Assembly (NCBI GenBank): GCA_973895155.1
Contig: OZ316898.1
Coordinates: forward strand, 3,286,480-3,350,479
Direction: 5' to 3'
DNA: 64,000 nt
Source: Marsupella aquatica
Lineage: Eukaryota > Plantae > Marchantiophyta
Shown: piece by piece, positions 1 to 13,399 of the stretch
Layout of the letters: each line of letters opens with the position of its first letter
Position numbering within the stretch: position 1 is the first letter of the stretch
Made by a program: the position numbers and the translations under genes
Notes under the pieces: generated by a model
What the model was told of the DNA's origin: nothing
What the model saw: the letters and a program-made list of their open reading frames with translations, nothing else
The model's database searches: none

Positions 1-520
1 CCACCCTGAACTACAACGGAGGGAAACCAGACAGACCTCGTAACAACAAACAACCACAAACAAATTGCTCACATCTGTAACAACCCAACTGATCGTCCTG
101 CAACGCCAAATCCTGTATGCTAGATAAACCCGCTCGCCCTCCAGTCCAGTTCCTGGTGAACTGCCACATAGACAACACCGGCTGCGAAGAGAGGCACCTC
201 AGAATCACAATGAAGTAAGCAGAGGAGTCTGGAAACTGGAGAACGCAAGATTCAGAAGCCTCCGAGACAGAATCGTGAACCGCAGAGACTACACGAAATT
301 TCTCCCATTGAAAAAGAGCATTCTTCGAGCGAGGATCCCCCCGGATAGAAAAACTTGAGAATTGCGTGAGGATTCCATACAGGAGACACTGCTTCTCAAT
401 GGGATCATGGGAAGTTTATACTTAATTCCTGAAACGCAGGGGAGCGTTGAAAGTGAATGTAGTGCGGCGCTAGGGTTTAGGGTTTAGGTAGCTTCTCACC
501 GGGCTTAGGGTTTGGTAGCT
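1..520 (-). mobile_element. Probable 5' end of a LINE (telo-box UTR plus decayed ORF1) running off the window
   Basis: TAGGGTTT repeats at 471-512, then a ~130-codon stop-free minus frame (..ALFQWEKFRVV..LQFPDSSAYFIVILR..). The family assignment is inference. Confidence 0.35.
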
Positions 521-639
521 TTTCTTCTCCGGACCCTTTGGTTTGGCCATATGGACCCCCAAGTATATATATCAAGACCCCAGTGAGTATATATTACACT
601 GCCAATAAACAAAAGGCAGCCATATGGACCCAAGTATAT

Positions 640-1270
640 ATAGCATTGCCAGAAAAACAAAAGACTCCCAGAAATGATCCTTTAATTAGGCAAAAGACCC
701 AATCAAAGGGAAATAACAAAAAAGCCTAAAAGGCCAGGGAGAGAGAACAAAGGCCCACCACAAAAGCTGCAAATCTCCACCCAAAACACTAAGCATAACA
801 AACTGTAGAGTTTGGTATTAATGGCTCTTGGGTGAACTGCATGGGAGAGTCAAGCAAGGCTCTAAAATAGACAGCCTCACCCCTACAATGAATGGTGAAT
901 GCCTGAGCTCTCTGCAACCCAATAGACACCCTTGTCTAAAAATAGGCAGTAGGACTTTGAGAGGGTTTCATGGAAACGTACCTAGAAGGATTTACCCCCA
1001 CTCCCAGCTCCATAATTATCCAAGCTTATTTGAACATCTCTTTTTTACTAGGGTCCCGTAACATTACAGTCCAACTGTGATAAGTGCAATGTGTAGAAGT
1101 GTATTCCACAGCTAAATGCAGACTGACCCTTTCTCTCTTTTGGCTCTTTGGTCATCCTGAGGTTTCTCACTTGCATGCGCACCACCCCCCCCCCCCCCCA
1201 ACCTTTTTTTGGGTCTCCTTCCTTTGGGATCATGTCTCCCATTTGGGCACTTTTTATTCTTTGGCAGTTC
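640..1270. mobile_element. Two LINE 3'-end fragments (640-960 minus, ~1050-1270 plus)
   Basis: Share GGGATCATGTCTCCC..TTGGGCAC and GTRAACYGC.T.RGAG.GTCA motifs with 19125-19440, 32070-32335 and ~51250-51500. Confidence 0.55.
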
Positions 1271-2391
1271 AACTTATATTTTTTCCCTTGCGGTTTCATG
1301 TATCTCCTCATCATCCCCTGCTTGTCCTCCAGGGTGTGGGTTTCATGTGGATTCATGTCATCCACTCTTTTTGGTCATACATGTTGGTTACATTTGGTGC
1401 CTTGTCACCTTCTCTTTCAAAAAAAAATATTATATTCTCACTACACAATTGTGATGTGAACCTACTGTTCAAGCCTAAGTTCTAAGTGACGCCTCTAGAT
1501 CATGACGCTGGGGGTGTAACTGAAGCTAGGGGTGCCCATCTAAAATGGGGATTGGGAAAATGGGGATCGGAGGCAGGTGAAGTCTGAAAATTGGGCACCC
1601 TGCAAGGATTCACTGGATACCAGTTGAACCTATTTGTTGAGAAGGCAAAGGCCTTGAAAATAGGTTCCCTTGAATACAGTCACGCTAGTTTAAGTATCTT
1701 GCCATTGAGCCCTCTAGTTGCACTAGTTCTCTCCTTTTTGGGAGCTATTAACTCTCCTTTTGGGAGCTATTGAGAACTCACCGTTTGGGAGCGAATTGAG
1801 AAGGTCTGGAGTCTGGACAGCAGCTGCAGATTGATTGCCTGTCGTGGCTGAATGCCTACCCACCTGCCTTCTGTCGCCTCTGCTTGGGGGTTGTTTTGCT
1901 TTCAAGCTTGGAATGCAGAGCGGATCTTACGGGAGCTGCTAGGGGACCTACCACCTTATCCTTGCCCATCTCACACCAACCCCCAGACATTCCCAGAGAG
2001 AAACACATCACCCACAAAGTTGATGATGACAAACCTATCATGGATGTCATCTGTGGTGCTCCTCGTCTACTGATCAGCGCAGCTCAGCTCACCAGAGACT
2101 GGCCAGGTTATACGAGCAACAAACAACACATTTACTCTGGTTCTCCACCTCTCCATTGCTTGGTTACATGCTGCTAACATTAACAGGTCAACGACGACAA
2201 GTCAGGAGCAGCAAATTGCCGTCGGCATTCACACAGATGAACATCTGAAGCAGAGCTGATGTACAGATTTGGAGCTCGGCAACTTTCGGTTTCACGTAGC
2301 TGGCCAAATCAATTGAATTTGGAATCGCAGACGAAGAGAAGAGAGTGTGGATTGGAAGTGGAAAGAAAGGGTAGCGTCGTAGTTTTTTGCA

Positions 2392-3832
2392 ATGGGGTGC
2401 CCAGCCGGATTACAGCTGGGTTTGCCGCCCTGCATTGGATATGGCTCAAGAATTGAGTCATTGCTGTCATCTTCATCACCGGCATCATTATCATCATCGT
2501 CGTCACTAGTAGCACAAAAGCTATCATTATGTCCAAGGAGCAAAAGAAGAAGAGGGCGATTAGTTTGTAAAAGTAGCATCAGCGGCGATAGCTTGCTGGA
2601 CATTTGTAGAAGCATTGTTCTCGCGGATATGGAGCCTTCGTCAATGCAAACCGTCATTCTCACTGCTGGTGTTCTGACGGCAACGGGTGTCTCTCTGTTT
2701 TTCGGACTCAAGGTGGGAATTCTTTGGTTTTGTCTCAGATACAGGGCAATATGATTTGACTGCACTCAGTTTAAGACATCTAGAAAGTTGAGGCATAGAA
2801 TTTTCTCTGATTAAATTAGAAACGGAGTGGCATCCCCTACCCTTCTGAATATCAGTCGAAATTGGCGACAGACGCATTTGGTAATTGTAAGTTTGCAATT
2901 CTAATGAGCATTGGAAGTTACTGTCCTTAATGCAAAGCTTGTTTGTATTGAAAGGTTTTCCCCTTTCACCTACGTTATGTGAAGCCCAGTGCATGCCATG
3001 TCTGTTGGTGTTAAGCAAGACTATTCACGAGCTATGACTATCTCAGCCTTCAACCCAAACAGAGAGAGAACCATAAGAAATGGCTGTGACAGTCTAGAGG
3101 CAAGGAATGGGATGAGCGCAGGTGATTCTTTAATAATTGGTCCTGTTGTAAATCTGATTGTAAAGGACGAGAATTAGCATTCCTGGCGTTGTGAAGGGTC
3201 AGTGGGCTGCTAGCGAGCAACCGTCTCAATGGAAAGAAAGACGTGGAGACAAATTTGAAATAGGTTTCACATTGATTGGCTCCTGCAGGGGGATCCTGTG
3301 CTCTGTGTGAGGTGTGGAGGAAATGGTGAGGAACCCTCTCCTATTGTCTTGAGCCTCAATATGGTTTGGTGACGACAATGAAAGTCTCATGCTCATGGAA
3401 GAAGGCACTTTTTTCACAGGGGGCACGAAATGCGTATTTTGCAGCGACGGAAAAATGAAGACGGAGAAAGGTCTTGTGGATTGCAAGGTCTGCAGGGGTG
3501 CAGGTGAGCGTCCTGTTCCAGTATACCAGATTTTGGTTACTTTGGCCATTATTTTTAAACTTTTGAACTAGCTGGCCGAAGTCAAGGTATGATACAATGA
3601 CGAGGTCAGGTTTGTCAGCTCACTTCTGGTAGCATCCTCATATCTGCGGAAGCTAGTTATGGGGAAGCTATGTGCGTTGGTAAGCAAGGCATTCCCAGCT
3701 CTGGATGACCTAATTTAGCTCTGGAGCAAGTAATTGGTCAATGCTGCACCTTCGTGACTACCATCATGGCAATGTACAGGATTAATCATGTGCAAGAATT
3801 GTAAAGGATCAGGCTATTCAACGCGACTTTGA
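2392..3832 (+). CDS. DnaJ/Hsp40 cysteine-rich (zinc-finger-only, DnaJE-type) protein, probably plastid/thylakoid targeted
   Basis: Exons 2392-2712, 3289-3325, 3420-3503 and 3780-3832, all GT-AG and in frame. The product has a Ser-rich transit-peptide-like N-terminus, a TM segment ([19 protein letters not shown]), then CVRCGGNG / CVFCSDG / CKVCRGAG / CKNCKGSG motifs, ending GSGYSTRL*. Resembles Arabidopsis At5g17840-type proteins (from recall). Confidence 0.93.
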
Positions 3833-5029
3833 GTTTCATGGATCCTATGGTGGAGCGACCACCAGGTTAGATTTTCAGGACAAGGTTCCCTCTCCAGACC
3901 TTCTCAATGGCTTGATGCAAGATTTTTTTTTTTAAATAAGAGTTGTTCAGCGTAAGACTTGACACTTGTTCAAGGTAATAAACTGAAACGGGATTGCGAA
4001 GGGTGTGTTTTGTGTAGCCCTGAAGACTTCCGTTACGAGTTCTTGAGGAGCCTTACTCAACTAACTTCTGAAGTTCAGCTAAGGGTTGATACGATGGTTT
4101 CACGGAATCTTGTAATAGCGGAACAGTTGAAAGACACATACAGTTATTGGTATCTTTCGTATACAGTATTTTGCACCTTTTGGGCTGAACAAAATCCAAG
4201 GTTTTCAATCTCTAGCCTCACTTGGTATTGAACTCTCAATCTATTGCACGGTAATACTGGTGAAAGATTCGAATAAAAAGAGTGTCCTCGTTGAACAAGA
4301 AGCAAAGACGTCATAATGACCTAGAGGTTGAGGGGATCACTTTTTGGCAGTTACAATTTCTGGAAAGGAGTGCAAAAGGGCAAGGTATTGATGAGGTTTT
4401 AGATCTAGAAGTTCCTTGAGAGTTGCCTGAGATTCCGGGATAACTGAAATTATTATGTTTGATATCTGTGCAGAACGGCGGGATTGAATTCATTGCTTTG
4501 ATGGGGTTTTGAACCACAATCACAGCTTCATACTTGTTTTGTAGATATGTTCATCAGAGAGAATGAAGCAGTCGCAGATCTCTCGACGGCCTGTTAGACC
4601 ATGCAAGTCCACCACCAAGTGTGTATTTTCTATTCCACATTTGGGACCTCAGTTTGCGGTACACTCTTTTGCTGCAGTTTATCAGGTGTAGAATGTAACC
4701 CCTCTCTCATCTGACAAATGAAAGCTTTAATACAGCAGCCATAATGAATCATCGTTTCTAGAAGATAAAAGCGTTCCGATGTACTTTGCTTGTCGTCTAA
4801 GCTGATTTCCAAGACTGCTGTCACATCCGATCATGGCCAGAAGCCTTATCTCAGCTTTCAACCCAGCTCGTTGTGATGAATTTTGATTTACAGACTTTCA
4901 ATTGGTGTAACCCCAGGTGAAAAGTTGGAGGCACGAAGTCTACTAAAAAATGGAATACATTGAGATCCTGTTGACCCAGGTCGTCCAGTTCTACTCATTA
5001 CTTAATTGGGGTTTGACAGCTGGTTGTTG

Positions 5030-5480
5030 GTATCATGCCCAGTTAATGAAATATTTATGATAGGCCGTATATCTCTCAATGTGATAGCATTTGCTGTAAC
5101 GCAAAATCAGATGAGTTTGCTCTCCCAACCGGAAGCAGATGGGCAAGGAGTACCGGAAGTCGCAAGATTTTCCAATGCAAACCTCTCCTGCATAGTTACT
5201 CCTGTGACTCCTAAGTAATAACCACGACAAGGTACAATACTAACGGGGTGGTTACCGACGTCATAATATCACCCAACCATAGCTGCAAATTCCTTAGGTC
5301 ACGGTCCAGGAAATAAAAAGGCTGACCTGAGGAAATAAAAAGGCCGACAATGAATCCACCACGCGCGAAGGACGAAATGATGCTCAGTACTCCCATAATT
5401 GTTTCGGTGTGCTGTGACTGTGACTTTGACTGACTGTGAAAAATGTCACCCATGCCCGAGTTGGCTTGATCCTGTGCTGG
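5030..5480 (-). pseudogene. Possible decayed MFS/nodulin-like transporter fragment
   Basis: NSGMGDIF..TIMGVLSIISSFARGG and, after a frameshift, GEVCIGKSCDFRYSL resemble the nodulin-like 'NLGQI..VS.ISI....GR' and 'C.G..CF' motifs. Confidence 0.3.
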
Positions 5481-6004
5481 GAGATCCCTCTAGCCATAGT
5501 AAGCCCCATACGATTGATGTTCTAGTTCATAAAAATTATAGGTTACGCCATTCAGTCACATTTGTATGAACTAGAGCAGTAAAAAGTAGTTCAGCGCCAG
5601 TAACGATGGAAATTGTAGTACAATAGCTGACGTGACCTGCTCCTCTAACCCTCTCCCGTTTCATAAAATACCACGTAGAAAGGAGTGGGTCGTTCTCCAC
5701 AAAGTCTGTGGACTAGTGAGATTGAACTAAGGATGACAATTCCTAGAAAGACTGTGGATAAAGGACACTTGAACTCTTGGTCCATACGAGGATCGACTTC
5801 AGCACAGGTGCCTCTCCTGAAAAACCATGTGATTGTGTTCGTCCCTGTTTCTCTTTGTCTCCTACCTCCCTGTGTTAGCAACACTACTTTGGCACATGCT
5901 GGCTCCGTTCGGTGCAAAAATCTCTCCCTCCCTGCCATTCTAAATCAGTGAGTGGGAGAAGAGTCACCTTGTGATCAAAATATCTCTCTTTCTCTGGCTA
6001 CTCT

Positions 6005-6110
6005 CCATCGTGTTTGATGAGAGTCACTCGACCGGAGAAGGAGACGTCTTTGTTAGACCAGGAAGCTACCATTTTTCCAACCTTGGAATTTCTGAAGGGT
6101 GGTAGAAAAG
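6005..6110 (-). mobile_element. LINE ORF2 fragment (post-RT region)
   Basis: KVGKMVASWSNKDVSFSGRVTLIKH matches the L1 'W..K.LS..GR..LIK' motif. Confidence 0.65.
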
Positions 6111-6719
6111 ACATTGTCTGATCACAGCGAAAACACTCAAAATGACTCTCAAAAACACGAATCTGGCTGATTGAATTCACTCGTTCAGCTCTTCCAGCTT
6201 GGAATCGGATCTCTTTCCCTCTCCCACATGAGTCAAGTTCTAGCTACTCGATCGCAGCAGCTGGCTTTTCGAGTGATAAACTCTCCCCCTGTCGAAGAGA
6301 CTCACTCAACAAGAAGATGCCCAAAATGACCCATTAAAGCATCTTCTTGCATCCTCTTGCCATCCCCAACAACAACAGTAACCAAAATGATAACATAATT
6401 ATTTGCAACAATAACCACCTAACCAATATAATGAGACTCACTCACCCACAAACATAAATTCATTGATGACATAGTCAGAAAGACAACATTTCCTTACAAC
6501 ATACTGCCGGCACAATCATCACTTGCAATTCATTGTCTCACCTCAACATTCTTGTTCCATTCACTAACATTGATACACTAACAACAACATGCCCCAACAT
6601 TGACATGCAACATACAGCGGGCACACAGACATTGAACTAATCAACACAAGTCATGGTCTTCTATTCTTCTACCCATATTCTGCACACTTTCAAATCTATC
6701 CCTCAACTATATTCCACAC

Positions 6720-7160
6720 ACTAAAGTTGCACACTTGATAACATACTTGTGACAACACCATGATCACACCAACTCCATGGAACAACAATATGGTCACAAT
6801 GGCAACATGGTCTCAATGACAACATGACCGCAATGACAACATGGTAGCAACAAGGACTGTATTATTGCAATGACAACTATGCAAATAAATGTACTTAGTA
6901 TTGGACTTGTTATATGTATAAGTTGCTTAAGTCCCTAATAGTTTTGTGCCCAAGCTTTTATTCTTCAACTTTGTTTTGCACACTAAACTTGCACACTTGA
7001 CAACATAATCCTGATGACACCACAACCCCAACAACTGCATGGATGCAACTTACAACAATATGGTTGCACTGACCCTATGGTCTCAAAGACAACATGGCCG
7101 CAACAACCACAATGACAATCATGCACAAACATGGGAACAGTTAATTATATAAGTGCTTAA
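6720..7160 (+). repeat. ~260-bp tandem duplication containing 18-bp CAATGACAACATGG subrepeats
   Basis: CACACTAAA.TTGCACACTTGA at ~6716 and ~6979, plus serial CAATG.CAACATG units. Confidence 0.7.
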
Positions 7161-7289
7161 CCTAATGATTATTTGTCGACCAGGTGTTGCCTAAGTATTT
7201 AGTAAAAACTTTTTCATAATTGTCTCTCAACCCTATTGGTCTTCTTTCGTCACCTTTTTGGGACTAAATATTGCACTGTTGTGGAATTC

Positions 7290-8020
7290 TATAAGTACGT
7301 AAGCTGATACAGTGAGTCCCTAATAATTATGTGCCCTACTAGCTTTTGCCAGTTCTTTATTTTTGAAACTTTTTTATAGTTGGCCTAGTGGTCTTCTTTC
7401 CTCATCGTTGGGGAGTGCAGAAACCTATAGCTGTTTAATCTAGTCTAGTGACTATATAAGTTGCTTAGGTCCCTAATAATCATGGCCCGTCCTAGCTTTT
7501 GCCTAATCTTCATTGATTTTTATCTCTATAGTTCGCCTGTTCGTCTTCTTCCTCACCTTTGGGGAGTGTGGAATCCTATAGTTGTTTAACCTAGTGCAAT
7601 ATATAATTAAGTTGCTTAAGTCCCTAATAATCATGTGCCCTCCAAGCTTTTGCCTACTCTTTATTTAATTTTTATCTCTTCAGTTATCCTATTGGACTTC
7701 TTCCTCACCTTTGGATAGTGCTATACTTGTTTAAACTAGTGCAGTATATAATTAAGTTGCTTTAAGTCCCTAATAATCATGTGCCCTCCTAGCCTTTTGC
7801 CTACTCTTAATTTAATTATTTTTTCGTTCTCTTCAGTTATCCTATTGTGCTTCTTCCTCACCTTTGGATAGAGCTATACTTGTTTAAACTAGTGCAGTAT
7901 ATAATTAAGTTGCTTTACGTCCCTAATAATCATGTGCCCTCCGAGCCTTTAGCCCACTCTTAATTTAATTTAATTTTTTCCGTTTTCATACTTAGCCGAT
8001 TGGTCTTCTTTCTTCACCTT
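7290..8020 (+). repeat. ~150-bp tandem array (5 clear units) directly upstream of PTEN2
   Basis: CCCTAATAAT anchors at 7318, 7471, 7622, 7768 and 7921 (spacings 153, 151, 146, 153). Confidence 0.9.
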
Positions 8021-8370
8021 TAGCGAAACTCATCTCCTCGTTTCGATGTTTCTTTGCCAAATAGTGTTCGGCTTCTTTCACGGAGACTGCCAATTGTGTC
8101 CTCTCCTCTCCCCTCCTCTCCTCTCCTGTAGGTCAGCATGGAATTGCCACGCACAAGAAGATTGCAAATACACGAACTCCTCTCACAGTTCTCAGGAAAA
8201 TGCAGGGGCCCAACAGAAGATCGCGACGGAGGAGGAGGTGTCGAGGTTTTCCCTGAATGACGTGATCCCGTTTAGAGCTTCGAGCTTCGAGCTTCGAGAA
8301 GCGAGTGAGTGAAGTTTTAGTTTCCTTGAATTCCCTGTTTTCATCGCTTGAGAGTCGTGGAGAAACCGTC

Positions 8371-11300
8371 ATGGACGAAGGATCGGGCAATCTGTCAAGC
8401 TCCTATGCCCCTTTGCTAAACCCCAGCTCAGACACCGGCACGAGATCGAGGGACGCGTCAGATCCTCCAGCTCGGCCCACTAGCGGATCTTGGAGCTTCA
8501 GATCCAATTCTTTGCCCAAGCCTTCTTCCTCCAGTGACACATCGACGAGTTCTGGCAAAGGGCCTGCTGCCTGGGCGAAGAACCTCCAATCCTGGACGTC
8601 TTCGTCGAGGGATTCACCGAGTTCAGGAAGTGGATCGAAGTCAAGCTTCAGCAACCTGTTCGGGAACATCGGCTTCAACAAGCAGACCACGGTTAAGATC
8701 CCAGTTGTGGATGGCCCATTTGAGAGTACCTCAGCTCCGACGTCGCCTCTTGCGGACAACGGTCCCTTGAACTCAATAAAGACCGGTTTCTTGACTGGCT
8801 CTAGAAATGCCGTTAAAGCAGTACAAACGAAGGCGCGGCATATGGTGTCTCAAAACAAGCGAAGGTATCAGGTAAATCCTCTAGTAGTTTGGAGTAGATT
8901 GCTTCGTCGCTCGTTCCTGGTTCAGTCTGCATCAGTCCATCGTGATGGCCTATTGTTCAACATATGTAACGTGCGGGAAACCCTATCTGAAAAAAGAGCC
9001 TTCGATTGCTAAGGTCAAAATGGACATGCGGACCGTCGTCTAAAGTAATCCTTTGGTGCTGTGCCAGGAAGGAGGTTTTGATCTGGATCTGTCTTACATA
9101 ACGGAGAATATCATCGCCATGGGCTTTCCAGCAGGGGATATGAGTTCTGGTTTTTTTGGATACGTTGAGGTACAATTGATTCCGATCATCTGCTTATTGT
9201 GTATTGTGTGTGTGACAATCATGGCGCCAGTGATCTCTGTCATCTTGAATTGGACATAAGGACATTTTGAGGGAGACTGGATAGCGATCTGGTAATTTCA
9301 CCCTATTTCCCCCAAGTCAGTATAGTTCACGCATTCTTTTTCCCCTTTTGGATAACACAGATCACAGACATCCTGTGTGGCATTTTACAGGGTTTCTACC
9401 GAAATCATATGGAAGAAGTCATCAAATTCTTTGAAACGCAGCACAAGGTACAAGTCTATTTCATAGGTATGCAAAGAAAAAAATCAAGCAGAGAGGGGAG
9501 TAAGAGTTTAGCAGAAGCTCATTAGACTTGTGAAGGTGCTGGCATCTGAAAAAATGCAAGAAACCAACGACAAGATGCCGTAAAGAATTTTCTTTCTTGA
9601 GTGACCTGATCCCGTATATATTCATTAGCAGGGGACCTTTGGTCAGTCTCAGGTATGTCATCGTTATCTACGACCCTCCAGTTGCGTAATAAAAAACTGT
9701 GAGCTGATCTTGGCATTGAACTATATGTAGGGCAAGTATAAGGTTTACAATCTCTGCTCAGAGCGGCTCTACGACGCAGCCTTGTTTGAAGGGAAGGTGA
9801 ATACCGCAATTACCCTGTTTAATTCCGTTTTCAGTGTTCGCAATAATGTTGCATCCAACGCCCTTATTTATGGTAACCTTCACTTCCCACACTAGACTCG
9901 AAACTGGAGCTCACTGACTTGTTTTAAAACAGGTGGCCTGTTTCCCGTTCGATGATCACAACTGCCCACAACTGCAGCTAATTTCAGCATTTTGCCAAAG
10001 TGCTTATTCTTGGCTGAAAGGAGATCTTGAAAACGTGGTCGTTGTTCACTGCAAAGCTGGAATGGCCAGAACTGGCCTCATGATATCTTGTCTTCTTCTT
10101 TACCTGAAGGTACTTCAATAGTCTTTCATCTTGTTCGGAGAGCAAATTCCTGTGGATCGTTGTCGTATCATAGAACTGGTTCATCGAACGTGCTTTGTTG
10201 ATGGTTGCTTGTTGGGTTTCCCGTGTGTAGTTCTTCCCAACTTGTGAGGAGTCTATTGCATATTACAACCAAAAGCGCTGCGTTGATGGCAAAGGTCTTG
10301 TTCTTCCAAGTCAGCTGGTATGTGTCAATTTACCTGACTGCCTCTGACTAATAGCGCATTATGGCCAATATTATTTATGTTGGCTCTTGTGTTAATTTAG
10401 TCTAACTTGTTAGAAGAAGCAATCTGACAATGCAGCTTTTCCAGGTAGTAATTCTAATAACTTGGGTACTTCAATCGTGTTTTAAAATATCTGTAAGAAA
10501 TAGTATCACCCAAAAGAAAGTAATCCGGATTGTGATATGCAATCACTTCTTCATTTTCAAGGTGGCATTTGGAAGGCATCTCACAAATGATTATAGATCA
10601 CGAACTTTTGTCTCGCCTACTTGTTAGTAATGGCTTGTTTGCGAGTCGTAATTAGCTTCTCACCAATATGTTAGTCCTTAGCTGTATCCTGGAATTCCGT
10701 GATTCTTTCTCTGAGTAGAGTATGTTGTCATCATTGGGTACACTTCACGCTTCAAGTGCGTAAGAAATGACGTTATAAATCTTTTTGGCAGCGTTATGTC
10801 AAGTACTTCGAACGAGTTCTGAGGGAATTTGACGGAGAAACTCCCAAAGGCCGGAAGTAAGTAAACTTTTACACTAAAACGCTTATGGAGGTCCAATGGA
10901 AGGTTTTTCACTGTCGCAAAAACTGCAACGCGTGCTCTTTGGGCGATTGATTTTAATGTTGTCCGTGAATATCGATGAGTCAGTGCCGTTTGCTGCTTGA
11001 AAGAATTGCTTTTAAAGGTACATATTTAGACGCCAATGGCTGGTCTTTGTATTTTCATTCCGATCTTGCGAATCATTTATTGACCATGGGCACTGCAGAT
11101 GTATATTAAGAGGAATTCGCCTCCATAGATGTCCTTATTGGATACGCCCTGGGATAATTGTCTCCGATCACAATGGTATAGGTCTGAACCGACTACTTTT
11201 AGTGATATTTTGGTCCTGATAATGATTATAACTGTTTTAAGAGATGCAGATCGTCGTTTATATAGACAATGCAGAGAATCTGATGGTTTACTCTTTGAAC

Positions 11301-13219
11301 AGGTGTTTTGTTCTCAACCAAGAAGCATCCGCGGACGAAGGAGATGATGGTATGATCTTTCAGATTGTTCAGTTATATATACGAATAGGCTTGAAATCTT
11401 TTGAGTCACCTGCAAGCGTTGTGAGTACTATCTGGACAACAACTATTATAACTCACGGAGTAGATGTTTCTCTGTGTTTCACCTGGGCTTGTATCTGGAT
11501 AGAATCAACAAAATTAGAGGTTCGGTTTCCTAAATGTTGTTCTGGAAATTTGTTGGGATGCAGACCGAAGACATATGGTTTGCTGCTCCAAGGAAAGGGG
11601 TCATGGTATTTGCTCTTCCCGGTGAACGCTGCATTGCTGACCTAAATGGCGACTTTAAGGTCCATTTCACAGATAGACATGGTGATTTCTACTGGTACGT
11701 CAATTAATTCCCAGTCGTGAGGAAAGAAATGAATTTCTTCAGATAGATGATTGAGGCTCCCATCGCAGCAAGACAGCCCATGTTGGATTTAGGTTTCAAG
11801 TTGTAAAGGTCGCGGTGTCCTCTTCGTTTGTGAGATCCTTGACAGACTCTGGTTTGCATTGAGTGAAGAGAATGACCGTCATTTTATATAATCAGGCATC
11901 TGAACTTGGACTTGATAATCCTGCTCAGATTTTGTTCTGGTAGCAAAGAAGTTCCAAATCATTTAACACACAACATTTTGCGACCATTTTAGTCATGTAA
12001 TCTCCACCAGAGCCCTTACTGATTGTTAGGAGAAACCGGTTTAAGGATGCGTAGTGGCTTGTCACGTGTTCTAATCTATGTCCGTGACAATGCAGCTGGT
12101 TGAACACAAATATGATGGAGTCCAGGCAACTTCTTCTCACGTCTGATCTCGATGGCTTTGACAAGGTCAGAAAGGTTTTTAATGTCTTTTTTGACCTGTT
12201 TTTGCTTGGAGTTGCTGTTATTATAGATTGCGTTTTTTAATATAGGGCAAACTGTAGAGCTCCGACTCTTTCGGCAAGTGTAAAATTAACGATGTACTTT
12301 ACTGAGATGACCAACTGCCGGTTGATATGTTTAATAGCGTTCTGATCCAAAGGCCACGGGTATTTTTACTTTGCAGAGGAGACTGCCTTCACCTGGTTTT
12401 CAGGTTGAGATTGTTGTTTTGGATCACGATGCCCCATTGCCGGTCAAATCCAGAGTTGACCAGCCTCCTGTCCAAGCAGCTGTCAACCTGCAACGTCCAA
12501 TACAAAGCAGCACACAAGAGAATTCTGTACCCCGGCCCATCTCTGACGCAAATACATCAGAAACCAATGGCAAAGATGGTGATAAGGATAACATCTTCAG
12601 TGACAGTGAGGGTGAAGATGACAAGGATATTTCGAAAAAGAGTAGAGGTGCAAAGGAAGCATCGGCAGATCGCGAAGCAAGAGAACATGTTCTGGCTACA
12701 GCTGGAGAGCCACGTAGCCCTCCTAATTCATTTTCAACCGCTATTGGGGGTGGTCTGAGAAATGCCATGGATAGAATGGGGATTTCGCAACCAGGATGGA
12801 CAAGCACTCCTAATAGTCCACCCAATGATTCTAGTGTTGCAAGAGCTGCAAACGAGTCCAAGACCCAAGATGGGCTGAAGGCGTCACAGCATGCGGGTGC
12901 ACCAGAAGAAAACCCTGAAAGCTCTTCAGCTGTGTCCGGCTCGAGCGAAGTGGTTGTAGAGGGAAGAAAGGTGGATCCGCATGAGACAAGTTCTGAGAAA
13001 TTGGTCGGGAAGGGAGCGGAGTCGCTGGATCCCAAGCATGTTGATAGGGATGGGAAGGGGAGTTTCAGAGGAGATCCTCAAGAGCAAAGAGTGGAGGCCG
13101 GAAGATTCGATTCTTCTGTTGCTTCCAGTGATTTCCAGGCAATTGCTGTAGCAAGTGCTGCGGATGCTTCCGTTTTCACTTTTGGTGATGATGAAGATTA
13201 TGAGAGTGAGGAAGAGTGA
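8371..13219 (+). CDS. PTEN2: Plant PTEN2-type phosphoinositide 3-phosphatase / dual-specificity phosphatase (phosphatase + C2 domain), 740 aa
   Basis: 12 GT-AG exons: 8371-8871, 9068-9169, 9391-9447, 9731-9796, 9933-10109, 10231-10317, 10792-10856, 11099-11175, 11303-11349, 11564-11694, 12096-12165, 12377-13219 (2223 nt, in frame). Motifs: [40 protein letters not shown], catalytic HCKAGMART (the plant PTEN2 Met variant), LPSQLRYVKYFE, FYCWLNT, C-terminal ADASVFTFGDDEDYESE. Confidence 0.97.
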
Positions 13220-13399
13220 CCTGTAAAAAAGTTGCCATGTGTGTAAATTTGGTCAGTCAATAAGATTTCAATCTAGATTAGTTGATCTGTTACTTTTGGC
13301 TACAACAGAAGCATAAGAGAAGTGGAGCATTTCGCTGTTTTGTACGTTGGATATGGAAACACATGCGAAATTACAGAATTAGTTGTACGTCTAGAACAT

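Noticed and set aside
471-512. Interstitial telomere (also 41273-41290)
   Set aside because: Only 2-3 TTTAGGG units, consistent with ordinary telo-boxes or TE ends.
12424-13035. Long antisense ORFs over PTEN2 (also 8403-8759) and over the DnaJ, F-box and UspA genes
   Set aside because: Shadow frames of the real coding exons.
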